DNA from: Candidatus Omnitrophota bacterium
GTDB taxonomy: Bacteria > Omnitrophota > Gorgyraeia > B26-G9
DNA: 64,000 nucleotides
Assembly (NCBI GenBank): GCA_018817585.1
Contig: JAHITE010000097.1
Span: forward strand, 4,400 to 68,399
Direction of reading: 5' to 3'
The translations under genes were made by a program, and so were the position numbers. How positions within the stretch are numbered: the first letter of the stretch is position 1; each line of letters starts with the position of its first letter. The notes below the pieces were generated by a model that saw only the letters and a list, made by a program, of their open reading frames with translations, was not told the DNA's origin and ran no database searches. Shown here piece after piece: positions 8,058 to 17,424 of this stretch.

Positions 8058-9333
8058 GCAAACAGAAAATTTAAATCAAGGTAAATATTCAGAACTCAGG
8101 CATTTAACTGAATGCATTGAGCAGTTGTATCCAGTGAGAGTGCGGTTTATTAATATTAAGGAAAATAGATGGGAATTTGTTTTTGGCCAAGATATTAGTC
8201 AGGAGCTGATAGTTGACGCAAAACTGATAGCGCTTGAGAAAAAATATGGGATTATTATATATGGCGTCAGTAAATTAAGTGCTGAACAGCAAAGCTATAT
8301 CGCGGGGTTGTATCAAATTGTTCTGACTACAAATCGGCAAAGTTTAAAGCGGAATATAATATATTTTTTGCAAACCAAGGCGGAAGAAATACTGTTTAAC
8401 TTCGCGGATACAATTAGAAAATTTTATTGTGGAGATGAAATACATCTCCGGGGCTTAATTGAGTTTTCTAATTACTGCGCGCGCGATTGTCTTTATTGCG
8501 GATTAAGAAAAGATAATAAAGCTGTGTTCAGATATCGATTACCAAGCCAGGAAATCATTGATATTGCCAAATCCGCAATGGTGCTTAATTATAAAACCAT
8601 TGTTTTACAGTCAGGAGAAGATCCGGCTTATTCGATTGAACAATTGTGTTATATTGTCCGGGAAATCAAGCAACAGACAGATTGCGCGATTACTTTATCA
8701 GTAGGCGAGCGGTGTTTGGCTGATTATCAAAAACTGCGCCAGGCAGGTGCGGAGCGTTATTTACTTCGCTTTGAAACTTCGAATCAGGAATTGTTTAAAA
8801 AAATAAAGCCAGATTCTGATTATCAAGCGAGAATTCAATGTTTAAAAGATCTAAGAAAAGCTGATTTTCAGATAGGATCAGGCTGCATAGTTGGTTTGCC
8901 AGGACAGACTGTGGAAATAATTGCTGAGGACTTGCTTTTAATGCTGGATCTTGATCTGGATATGATTGGGATCGGCCCGTTTATCCCTAATCCGGAAACA
9001 CCTTTGCAAGCTGATAATAAAGGCACAATAGAAATGATGAGCAAAGTTATTGCTTTAGCGCGGATTTTAACAAAGAATACGCATTTGCCGGCAACAACTG
9101 CCGTGGGATCAATTGATCCACAAGGCAGACAAAAGATATTGCGCTGCGGAGCTAATGTGCTTATGCCTAATTTGACTCCGCAGGAGTATCGAGAACATTA
9201 TCGGATATATCCGGATAAAATATGTATTAAAGAACAGCCAGATGACTGTCACGGCTGTGTTGGCGCTATGGCAATATCATTGGGGCGAACTATTGCTCAA
9301 GGTTATGGACATAGCCTTAAAAGCAGGGTTTAG
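8032..9333 (+). CDS. hydE: [FeFe]-hydrogenase maturase HydE (radical SAM, BioB-like), with about 100 aa N-terminal extension or mis-set start
   Basis: VHLRGLIEFSNYCARDCLYCGLRKDN is the HydE/BioB-type radical SAM motif. The Cys motif sits at about residue 148 instead of the usual 60 or so. The 26-nt overlap with hydG supports the ATG at 8032. Confidence 0.8.
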   Translation: MANEIYTFKQTENLNQGKYSELRHLTECIEQLYPVRVRFINIKENRWEFVFGQDISQELIVDAKLIALEKKYGIIIYGVSKLSAEQQSYIAGLYQIVLTTNRQSLKRNIIYFLQTKAEEILFNFADTIRKFYCGDEIHLRGLIEFSNYCARDCLYCGLRKDNKAVFRYRLPSQEIIDIAKSAMVLNYKTIVLQSGEDPAYSIEQLCYIVREIKQQTDCAITLSVGERCLADYQKLRQAGAERYLLRFETSNQELFKKIKPDSDYQARIQCLKDLRKADFQIGSGCIVGLPGQTVEIIAEDLLLMLDLDLDMIGIGPFIPNPETPLQADNKGTIEMMSKVIALARILTKNTHLPATTAVGSIDPQGRQKILRCGANVLMPNLTPQEYREHYRIYPDKICIKEQPDDCHGCVGAMAISLGRTIAQGYGHSLKSRV

Positions 9334-9334
9334 C

Positions 9335-9760
9335 GTATAGCGGTTAGCGATTAGGAAAAGCATTAAACCGAAGGCTGAGGGACGAAGGACGCAAAAGCAG
9401 TTATGAATGACTAATGAATTATGAGTGAAAAGCGTAGAACAGAAAACAAATTACTAATTACTAATTTCTAAACTCTAAATAAACTCAAATGACTAAAACT
9501 AAAAAATGGAAGATAGAAAAAGAGCGGGTAAAAGGTAATCGGTTACGAAGCCCGTATCGGTAATGTTTAATGGTTACGGTTAGAAAAATAAATTTAAAGC
9601 CGATAGACTTTGCCTTGAAACGAAACGGGCATCGTCCCCCTAACCGCGAAACCTGTATTGAGTGTTTTTGCGCAATACGCACGACGTTCTACGCAATACC
9701 CCCGCTACACAAAGGCGGGACAAGACAGTCATTTGGTCTCTTTTTAACTGAAAATGCTTG
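9335..9760. repeat. long non-coding block homologous to 51226-51790
   Basis: Shares tagcgtatagc...gattagcgattag[ga]aaaagca...aaaagcag with the 51.2 kb block. Both contain a cgcaatac direct repeat pair spaced exactly 21 bp and a degenerate inverted-repeat copy (about 9535-9653). Confidence 0.5.
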
Positions 9761-9809
9761 AAATTATATATAGATTATGATATCTTGAAATGTCTAACCG
9801 ATCACTATT

Positions 9810-10916
9810 TTGGTATTAAAGTATATGGAAAATAAAAAAACTCCCTTATTTGAACAACACAATAAATTAGGCGCGAAATGTGCTCCTTTTGGCGGATGGC
9901 TTATGCCTATACAATATGAAGGCATAATCAATGAGCATCAATGGACAAGGAATAATTGCGCGGTGTTTGATATTTGTCATATGGGTGAATTCTTGATTCA
10001 GGCTGATGCATTGTCCAGCAATTTAGATAAAATTTTAACCCAGAATTTAGTGGGTATGCCGCTTAAAACCTGCAGATACGGGTTTATGCTCAATGATAAT
10101 GCGGGAATAATTGATGATGTTATTATTTATCGCATAGAGCAGAATAAGTGGATGCTGGTTGTAAATGCCGCAACCCAAGCAGCGGATTTTGAACATTTGC
10201 GGAAAAACTTAGCCAGGAATAATGTTAAGCTGGAAAATGTGTCTAATTCATTGGCAAAGCTTGATTTGCAAGGCCCGCTCAGCCGTGATGTTTTGGTTGC
10301 GATAGCTGGTGAGGGGATTTTAAAACTAGATTATTATGCTTTTGATTATTTTTCAGTGCTGGGAGAAAATATTATTATCAGCCGCACGGGTTATACGGGT
10401 GAACTGGGTTTTGAATTATATGTAAATAATGATAAAGTCATTGAATTGTGGAATTTGCTGTTGGAAAACAAAAAAGTTAAGCCAGCGGGTTTGGGCGCCA
10501 GAGATACTTTAAGATTGGAAGTAGGTTACCCGCTCTATGGCCAAGATATTAATCAAAAAACTACTCCGCTGGAAGCAGGTTTAACAAGTTTTGTAGATAT
10601 GAAAAAAGATTTTATCGGGAAAACTGCTATTGAAAAAAAACAGAAGCAGGGCTTGGAAAAAAAGTTATGTTGTTTTCAAACTGAATCAAGACGCGCTCCG
10701 CGGCATGATTATGAAATATTCGCTAATAATCAAAAAATCGGGATTGTGACCAGCGGGTCTTATTCGCCCAGTTTGGGCTGCGGCATTGGTATGGGTTATC
10801 TTGAAACCCAAATTACCGCGATCGGAACTGAAATAATCCTGCTGCTTGAAAATATTAAAATAAATGCCAAAGTGGTTAAAAGGCCTTTCTACCAAAAAGG
10901 AAGTTTGCGCGCATAA
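9810..10916 (+). CDS. gcvT: glycine cleavage system T protein (aminomethyltransferase)
   Basis: KTPLFEQHNKLGAKCAPFGGWLMPIQYEG N-terminus typical of GcvT. Followed by gcvH and gcvP. Confidence 0.9.
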   Translation: MVLKYMENKKTPLFEQHNKLGAKCAPFGGWLMPIQYEGIINEHQWTRNNCAVFDICHMGEFLIQADALSSNLDKILTQNLVGMPLKTCRYGFMLNDNAGIIDDVIIYRIEQNKWMLVVNAATQAADFEHLRKNLARNNVKLENVSNSLAKLDLQGPLSRDVLVAIAGEGILKLDYYAFDYFSVLGENIIISRTGYTGELGFELYVNNDKVIELWNLLLENKKVKPAGLGARDTLRLEVGYPLYGQDINQKTTPLEAGLTSFVDMKKDFIGKTAIEKKQKQGLEKKLCCFQTESRRAPRHDYEIFANNQKIGIVTSGSYSPSLGCGIGMGYLETQITAIGTEIILLLENIKINAKVVKRPFYQKGSLRA

Positions 10917-10932
10917 TGAAAGGAAGTAAATC

Positions 10933-11319
10933 ATGAATGTACCAGAAGGATTGTTTTATACAAAAGAACATGAATGGGTGAAAATTGACGGTAATCTGGC
11001 AAAAATGGGAATCAGCGACCACGCGCAGCATGAGCTTGGCGATATCACCTTTGTGGAATTACCAGCCTTACATGTTCAATGTAAACAGTTTAAACAGATC
11101 GCAATAATAGAATCAGTTAAAGCGGCATCAGATGTTTACGCGCCATTATCGGGAAAAATCTCGGCAGTGAATAAGCAAGTTGTAGCAAATCCCGAGCTGG
11201 TTAATCAATCGCCGTATGATCAAGGCTGGTTACTGGTAATTGAACTAACTGAAGAATCTCAGCTGGCAAATCTTATGGATGCTGAGACATATAAAAACTA
11301 TTTAAAGGAAAACCTGTAA
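10933..11319 (+). CDS. gcvH: glycine cleavage system H protein (lipoyl carrier)
   Basis: 128 aa. Lipoyl-lysine region ESVKAASDVYAPLSG (the K in ESVKA). Sits between gcvT and gcvPA. Confidence 0.9.
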   Translation: MNVPEGLFYTKEHEWVKIDGNLAKMGISDHAQHELGDITFVELPALHVQCKQFKQIAIIESVKAASDVYAPLSGKISAVNKQVVANPELVNQSPYDQGWLLVIELTEESQLANLMDAETYKNYLKENL

Positions 11320-12656
11320 TGCCATATACTCCGCATACAAAAGAACAAATAAGTGAAATGCTCAAAACTATCGGGGTTAAAAAAATCGATGATTTGTTCA
11401 AGGATATAACTCCTGACCTGAGAGCCCAATCATTTAATATCCCTGAGGGAAAATCTGAGTTTGAGGTTATTGAACATTTTAAAAAACTTGCCAATAAAAA
11501 CGCGACAAACCTGATCAGCTTTTTGGGCGCGGGTTTTTATGATCATTATATTCCGGCAGGAGTTGATGCTTTAAGCAATAGATCAGAATTTTATACAGCT
11601 TATACGCCTTATCAGCCGGAATGTTCACAGGGCTGGCTGCAGTCGATTTTTGAATATCAAACCGCGATTTGCGAATTAACCGGCCTGGACGCGGCCAATG
11701 CTTCTTTGTATGATGGCGGTACTGCTTTGTATGAAGCAGCAATGATGGCCGTGCGGATTACCGGCAGACGCAAAATAATTGTTGATAGCGGTGTTAATCT
11801 GGTATACCGCAGTATGTTATATAGTTATACAACAAATCTCTCTATTGAATTTATTGAAACAGATGTCGAGCATGGACATAGTTCCCGCGATCAGATATAC
11901 AGGCATCTGGATGATAAAACAGCGGCCGTTATTGTGCAAAATCCTAATTTTTTTGGAGCAATCGATGATTATTCAGATATTGCTAAAAAAGCGCATTCTC
12001 TGGGAGCTTTACTGGTTCAATCGGTTTATCCTATAGCTTTAGGGTTGATGAAACCACCAGCTGAAATGGGAGTTGATATTGCTACTGGAGAAGGGCAGAG
12101 TTTGGGGATTCCGCTTTCCTTTGGCGGACCTTATCTGGGGTTTATGTGTGTAAAAAAAGAATACGCCCGAAAAATTCCGGGCAGAATTGTTGGGCAAACA
12201 GTGGACAAAGATAATAAAAGAGGTTTTGTCCTGACTCTTCAGGCAAGAGAACAACATATCAGACGGGAAAAAGCAACATCAAATATTTGCTCAAATGAAG
12301 CGCTTTGCGCTTTGCGGGCAATTATATATATGTCTTTGATTGGTAAACAAGGATTAAAAGAGCTAAGTTTGATCAATTATCGCAACAGTGAATTTGCCAA
12401 AGAAGTATTGGATAAAATTCCGGGAGTTGAAGTTAAAAGAACAACGCCTACGTTTAATGAGTTTACGGTATTGCTTCCGCAAAATGCCGGAGAAGTTGTG
12501 AATAAAATGATTGAAAAGGGTTTTGCCTGCGGATTTCCCTTGGGACGGTTTTATAAAGATATGGATAATTATCTTTTAGTCACGGTAACTGAAAAAAGAA
12601 CAAAAGAAGAAATTAAAAAGCTGGCAGAAAGCTTAGAGGCGGTTTTATGCAGTTAA
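11319..12656 (+). CDS. gcvPA: glycine dehydrogenase (decarboxylating) subunit 1
   Basis: Split P-protein N-terminal half (about 445 aa) with a YTPYQPE motif. ATG overlaps the gcvH stop. Confidence 0.9.
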   Translation: MPYTPHTKEQISEMLKTIGVKKIDDLFKDITPDLRAQSFNIPEGKSEFEVIEHFKKLANKNATNLISFLGAGFYDHYIPAGVDALSNRSEFYTAYTPYQPECSQGWLQSIFEYQTAICELTGLDAANASLYDGGTALYEAAMMAVRITGRRKIIVDSGVNLVYRSMLYSYTTNLSIEFIETDVEHGHSSRDQIYRHLDDKTAAVIVQNPNFFGAIDDYSDIAKKAHSLGALLVQSVYPIALGLMKPPAEMGVDIATGEGQSLGIPLSFGGPYLGFMCVKKEYARKIPGRIVGQTVDKDNKRGFVLTLQAREQHIRREKATSNICSNEALCALRAIIYMSLIGKQGLKELSLINYRNSEFAKEVLDKIPGVEVKRTTPTFNEFTVLLPQNAGEVVNKMIEKGFACGFPLGRFYKDMDNYLLVTVTEKRTKEEIKKLAESLEAVLCS

Positions 12657-14098
12657 TATTTGAAAAAAGCGTAAAAGGGCGTAAGGGATTAAAATTACCG
12701 GCATGTACGGTTAATCAGAACTTAGAGTTTCCCAAACAATATCTCAGAGCTAAAGACGTGGAACTACCTGAGGTTTCGGAACTTGACGTGGTGCGTCATT
12801 ATACTAATTTATCCAGACTGAATTTCTCAGTGGATAGTAATTTTTATCCTTTGGGATCATGCACAATGAAATATAATCCTAAATTTACGGAAAAGATAGC
12901 AGCTTTAGACGGTTTTTTGGATTTACACCCATTAATGCCGCAGCTTAGAGGCGGCGGGATGCTGGCGCAAGGTTCTTTGGAAGTTGTTTATAAAACAGAA
13001 CGTTTGCTTTCTGAAATTACCGGCATGGACGCGTTTACAATGCAGCCTTTGGCCGGAGCGCACGGTGAGTTAACCGGAGTTATGATTATTGCCGCTTATC
13101 ATCGCTACCAGGGACAACAGCGGAAATATATTATTGTTCCTGATTCTTCCCACGGAACTAATCCCGCCAGCGCGGCAATTGCTGGATATGAAGTAATTGT
13201 TGTTCCCACGGATAAAAACGGCTGTATGGATATCGATGAATTTAAAAACAAACTTAATGAAGATGTGGCCGGGGTTATGCTGACCTGTCCTAATACTTTG
13301 GGTATATATAATTCCCAGATCAAAAGTATTTGTGACGCGGCGCATGAGGTTGGAGCGCTGGTTTATTATGATGGAGCAAATCTTAACGCGATATTGGGGA
13401 AGTCTCGTCCGGGAGATCTGGGGTTTGATATAGTGCATTTAAATCTACATAAAACTTTTGCCACTCCGCATGGCGGCGGAGGTCCTGGCGCCGGTCCAGT
13501 GGGAGTAATTAAAAAATTAAAGGATTTTCTACCGATTTCCCGCGTAAAAATGAGAACAGACGGAACATATTCTCTGGATTATGATAAACCGAAATCGTTA
13601 GGGTTTATTGCTCCTTTTTGTGGAAATTTTGGAGTTATTTTAAAGAGTTACGCATATATTATGCTTTTAGGTAAATCCGGATTAATAGATGTAGCGGAAA
13701 GAGCAGTATTAAATGCTAATTATTGCCGAGTTTTGTTAAAGAAATATTTTTCGATTTCTTATGACAGAATATGTATGCATGAATTTGTTGTTTCAGCTCA
13801 GGCGCAAAAAGAAAAAGGAGTTAGCGCTTTGGATATAGCCAAATACCTGATTAGCAAAGGAATTCATCCGCCGACAGTATATTTTCCTTTGATCGTAAAA
13901 GAGGCAATGATGATTGAACCAACAGAAACAGAGTCTAAAGAAACATTGGATAATTTTGTCGATTTGATGATCGAGGCTGCTAAGCTTTGCGATAGTGACG
14001 CGCAAAAATTGCACGATGCTCCGGATAATATGCCGGTTAAACGTTTGGATGAGACTAAAGCAGCTAGGGACCTAAATCTTAGATGGCAGAAGTCCTAA
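12647..14098 (+). CDS. gcvPB: glycine dehydrogenase (decarboxylating) subunit 2
   Basis: PLP-binding half with the HLNLHKTF lysine motif. 10-nt overlap with gcvPA. Confidence 0.9.
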   Translation: MQLIFEKSVKGRKGLKLPACTVNQNLEFPKQYLRAKDVELPEVSELDVVRHYTNLSRLNFSVDSNFYPLGSCTMKYNPKFTEKIAALDGFLDLHPLMPQLRGGGMLAQGSLEVVYKTERLLSEITGMDAFTMQPLAGAHGELTGVMIIAAYHRYQGQQRKYIIVPDSSHGTNPASAAIAGYEVIVVPTDKNGCMDIDEFKNKLNEDVAGVMLTCPNTLGIYNSQIKSICDAAHEVGALVYYDGANLNAILGKSRPGDLGFDIVHLNLHKTFATPHGGGGPGAGPVGVIKKLKDFLPISRVKMRTDGTYSLDYDKPKSLGFIAPFCGNFGVILKSYAYIMLLGKSGLIDVAERAVLNANYCRVLLKKYFSISYDRICMHEFVVSAQAQKEKGVSALDIAKYLISKGIHPPTVYFPLIVKEAMMIEPTETESKETLDNFVDLMIEAAKLCDSDAQKLHDAPDNMPVKRLDETKAARDLNLRWQKS

Positions 14099-14127
14099 AA
14101 GATAAATTTGTAATTTGAAGTTTACGA

Positions 14128-14970
14128 ATGGATATTCGGTTTATGACTAATTGGCGTTTGATAATTTCTCCACCTAGCGATGCCGTGACAAATATGGCGA
14201 TTGATGAGGCCATATTGCGGACTTATGTATATACCACCGGCGGGATTCCGACTCTGCGGATATATAGCTGGCATCCAGCGGCTGTTTCTTTAGGTTCTTC
14301 GCAGTCTCCTGATCAGGTTTTAAATCTATCTCAATGTATAATTCATAAACTGCCTTTTGTCCGTCGAATTACTGGAGGTGAAGCAATATTTCATGATAAT
14401 GAAATAACCTATAGTCTTGTTTGTACAAAGAGTGATTTAAATCTTTCTGATTCAGTTAAAAAAAGTTTTCGGATATTAACGGCTTTTGTTTTTAACGCTT
14501 ATCGAGAAATGGGATTTATGCCTTGTTTTGCCGGAGATACGGAAACTTATCAGCATGGCGATTCATCAGAGTTTTGTTTTGCCACAACTGAAAAATTTGA
14601 TATTATGCTTGATGGTAAGAAAATTGGAGGTAATGCCCAAAAACGCTCGAAAGATATTATTTTTCAACATGGCTCAATCCCTTTTACATTGGATTTTCCT
14701 AGAATAAAAACTTTTATAAAGGAGGATCTTGGAGGCGTAGAGCAGCGCGTTACCTGCTTGCAAGATGAACTTAAAAGAAGTGTTAGTTTTAAAGAAGTAT
14801 CCAGGATATTGATAGACTCTTTTAAATCGTCCTATGCTGTAAACTTGAAAAAAACGATTCTAACCAGAGCTGAACAAGATTTAGCGCATACCTTAAGTGA
14901 AGAAAAATATAAGACCAAACAATGGAATTATTTTAAGAAAGCAAGTATTTCAACAAAGCAAGAAGACTAA
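14128..14970 (+). CDS. lipoate-protein ligase / octanoyltransferase family protein (LplA/LipM-like catalytic domain only)
   Basis: BPL/LPL catalytic-domain features (RRITGGEAIFHD, GGNAQKR with the lysine in NAQK). No LplA C-terminal domain. Sits between the gcv genes and lipA. Confidence 0.75.
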   Translation: MDIRFMTNWRLIISPPSDAVTNMAIDEAILRTYVYTTGGIPTLRIYSWHPAAVSLGSSQSPDQVLNLSQCIIHKLPFVRRITGGEAIFHDNEITYSLVCTKSDLNLSDSVKKSFRILTAFVFNAYREMGFMPCFAGDTETYQHGDSSEFCFATTEKFDIMLDGKKIGGNAQKRSKDIIFQHGSIPFTLDFPRIKTFIKEDLGGVEQRVTCLQDELKRSVSFKEVSRILIDSFKSSYAVNLKKTILTRAEQDLAHTLSEEKYKTKQWNYFKKASISTKQED

Positions 14971-14997
14971 AATCTTAGCATATTAAGGTTCTTATAA

Positions 14998-15852
14998 ATG
15001 AACGCGATTGAAACCACAAGAAAACCAGACTGGCTTAAAAAAAAGATTGATTTAGCTAAGTGTTTGGATTTACACCGGCTTTTTGGTCAGCTTGAGCTGA
15101 ATACTGTTTGTAAAGAAGCGCATTGTCCGAATATCAGTGAATGTTTTTCAGCAAAAGTAGCGACTTTTCTTATCCTGGGTAATATTTGCACACGTAAATG
15201 CCGATTTTGCGCGGTTAAAAAAGGGATTCCGCAACCGATTGATTCTAATGAGCCGCAAAGATTGGCAGAGGCAGTAAAAAAATTAGGGTTAAAACATGTG
15301 GTAATTACTAGCGTGACACGCGATGATTTAGCTGATGGCGGGGCAGAGGCATTTGTCCAAAATATAAAAGGATTAAAGTTTTTGAATCCAGGGCTTAAGG
15401 TAGAAGTTCTGGTTCCGGATTTCCAGGGAGACGCGCGGTTAATTAAGCGAGTAATCCAGGCGGGTTGCGATATTTTCGCGCATAATATTGAAACGGTTCC
15501 AGAACTTTATAGTCAGGTAAGAGCGGATTCGGATTATCAAAGATCGCTTAAAGTTTTAAAAACAGCTAAAGAAATTGATTGTAATATTTATGTAAAATCC
15601 GGGATCATGCTTGGCCTGGGGGAAACAGAAAAACAGTTATCCGAAGTTTTAACAGCTATAAAAAAAACTGGTTGCGATTTTCTGAGTATCGGTCAATATT
15701 TAGCGCCGAGTAAAAGTCATTATCCAGTTAAAGAATTTATTCATCCGGATAAATTTGTTTTCTATAAGCAAAAAGCCGAGGAACTGGGATTTACTCATGT
15801 GGAAAGCGGCGCTTATGTCCGTAGTTCTTATCTTGCTTCAGAATATTTATAA
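14998..15852 (+). CDS. lipA: lipoyl synthase
   Basis: Two Cys clusters: CPNISEC (auxiliary) and CTRKCRFC (radical SAM CxxxCxxC). 284 aa. Confidence 0.9.
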   Translation: MNAIETTRKPDWLKKKIDLAKCLDLHRLFGQLELNTVCKEAHCPNISECFSAKVATFLILGNICTRKCRFCAVKKGIPQPIDSNEPQRLAEAVKKLGLKHVVITSVTRDDLADGGAEAFVQNIKGLKFLNPGLKVEVLVPDFQGDARLIKRVIQAGCDIFAHNIETVPELYSQVRADSDYQRSLKVLKTAKEIDCNIYVKSGIMLGLGETEKQLSEVLTAIKKTGCDFLSIGQYLAPSKSHYPVKEFIHPDKFVFYKQKAEELGFTHVESGAYVRSSYLASEYL

Positions 15853-15863
15853 GGAGTAATCGT

Positions 15864-16493
15864 ATGCTGATTAAAGAAATTATCAAAGAATTAAAAGAAC
15901 ACGCTCCCATGACTTTTATCGGAGCAGTTTTCGGGATTATCCTTGTTTTCTTGTTTAATAAAATATCATATCAAACGGCAGAAAATCTGTTTTATATTTC
16001 TCATCCAGCACATGTATTGTTAAGTGCTTTAGCAACCGCGGCAATGTATAAACGTTATCAGTGTCCCATTGATAAGAAAAACTGTAATATTTTTTTTATC
16101 TTAGTGATCGGCTATGTCGGCTCAATCGGAATCGCGACTTTAAGTGATTCGGTTATTCCTTTTTACGGTGAAAAATTATTGAATATGCCGCATGCTCATA
16201 TGCATGTTGGTTTTATTGAAAAACCTTTATTAATAAATTCCATGGCATTATTAGGAATAATCATCGCTTATTTTAACCCAACGACAAAATTTCCGCACTT
16301 GGGACATGTATTACTCAGTACTTTTGCTTCCATGTTTCATATTCTGATGGCAAAAGATGTTGGGATGAGTATGGCGGTTTATTTGCCGATAATGATTTTT
16401 TTGTTTATTTCAGTGTGGATGCCATGTTGTATTAGTGATATAGTATTTCCCTTATTATTTGTAAAATCACCGCGCATAGGACATGAGCATTAG
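15864..16493 (+). CDS. hypothetical His-rich integral membrane protein
   Basis: About 5 hydrophobic segments and conserved-looking His clusters (HPAH, HAHMH, HLGH). No family recognised. Confidence 0.5.
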   Translation: MLIKEIIKELKEHAPMTFIGAVFGIILVFLFNKISYQTAENLFYISHPAHVLLSALATAAMYKRYQCPIDKKNCNIFFILVIGYVGSIGIATLSDSVIPFYGEKLLNMPHAHMHVGFIEKPLLINSMALLGIIIAYFNPTTKFPHLGHVLLSTFASMFHILMAKDVGMSMAVYLPIMIFLFISVWMPCCISDIVFPLLFVKSPRIGHEH

Positions 16494-16496
16494 AAT

Positions 16497-17276
16497 ATGG
16501 ATATTCTCACTCAAACTAAAAAACTAAAATGTATTTGCTTGATTATTTTTCTGGTTTTAAGTTTAAGCTCATGTTCGAGAGCTCCAGTCAGAAAAACAAT
16601 GCCATTGCCGCCTATCCAGCCGCGAATTACGCCGGAAATTTTTCCGCCGGGTATGCGGAGCAATATTGTACATGTAGTTGCTCCCGGGGAGACGGTTTGG
16701 CGGATTGGAAAAATGTATGATGTGTCAATTGAGCATATTGTCAGAGAAAATAAATTGAAAAATTCAAGCATGTTGGAAAAGGGGCAGCGTTTAAATATAT
16801 CACAAGCCGCGCCAGTGCGTCCGGTGGTAACTCTTTATCCATCGAAGAAATGGAAATATATTATTATCCATCACAGTGCTACTGATTCCGGCAGCGCTCT
16901 GGGTTTTGACAAATCGCATCAGGCTCGTGGTTTTAATCGCGGTTTGGGCTATGATTTTGTGATTGCTAATGGAACTGCTGATAAGCTGGATGGGCAAATT
17001 GAGGTTTCCCCCAGATGGATTAAGCAGGAAGATGGAGCTCATTGCAAAGCCGGCAATATGAACTGCCGGGCAATTGGAATTTGCCTGGTTGGAAATTTTA
17101 GCCAAGAGCGGGTTTCGCTAAAACAAATTGATTCTTTAATTTATTTAGTTAATCGATTACGTAAATATTATAAAATTCCTAAGAAAAATATTCTAGGGCA
17201 TGGCCAGGTAAAAGGGGCTAACACCGAATGTCCGGGCAGTAAATTCCCCTGGGCTGATTTTAAAAGCAAACTTTAG
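16497..17276 (+). CDS. LysM-domain N-acetylmuramoyl-L-alanine amidase (amidase_2/PGRP fold) lipoprotein
   Basis: Lipobox LSLSSC. LysM motif (GETVWRIGKMYDVSIEHIVRENKL). Amidase_2 motifs IIIHHSATD and the C-terminal CPG. Confidence 0.8.
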   Translation: MDILTQTKKLKCICLIIFLVLSLSSCSRAPVRKTMPLPPIQPRITPEIFPPGMRSNIVHVVAPGETVWRIGKMYDVSIEHIVRENKLKNSSMLEKGQRLNISQAAPVRPVVTLYPSKKWKYIIIHHSATDSGSALGFDKSHQARGFNRGLGYDFVIANGTADKLDGQIEVSPRWIKQEDGAHCKAGNMNCRAIGICLVGNFSQERVSLKQIDSLIYLVNRLRKYYKIPKKNILGHGQVKGANTECPGSKFPWADFKSKL

Positions 17277-17317
17277 AAAAACAGCGATTAGCGGATAGCG
17301 TTTAGTTATTAAAAAAA

Positions 17318-17345
17318 GGGCAAGCTTAGATGCTTGCCCTTTTTT
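17318..17345. terminator. bidirectional Rho-independent terminator between convergent amidase and gpmA genes
   Basis: Perfect 8-bp stem gggcaagc / gcttgccc with a 6-nt loop. Flanked by A7 upstream and T6 downstream. Confidence 0.75.
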
Positions 17346-17424
17346 ACTATAAACAATATTTTTTCTAATCGCTGCTTTTAATCTTTTAACTCATAACTTA
17401 TAACTTATCACTAGTAATTTATAA

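Noticed and set aside
9360-9400. Possible glycine riboswitch upstream of gcvT (accgaagg...gacgaaggacgcaaaagcag)
   Set aside because: Only fragments resembling the ACCGAAGG/CAAAAGGAC glycine-aptamer cores are present, and in the wrong order. It is more than 400 nt from the gcvT start. The same sequence block is duplicated at 51.3 kb where no gcv gene follows.
13070-13438. 122-aa minus-strand ORF within gcvPB
   Set aside because: It is antisense to a conserved glycine dehydrogenase gene and has no supporting motif.
16511-16771. Small overlapping ORFs on both strands at the start of the amidase gene
   Set aside because: They are nested in or antisense to the LysM-amidase lipoprotein gene and have no independent support.
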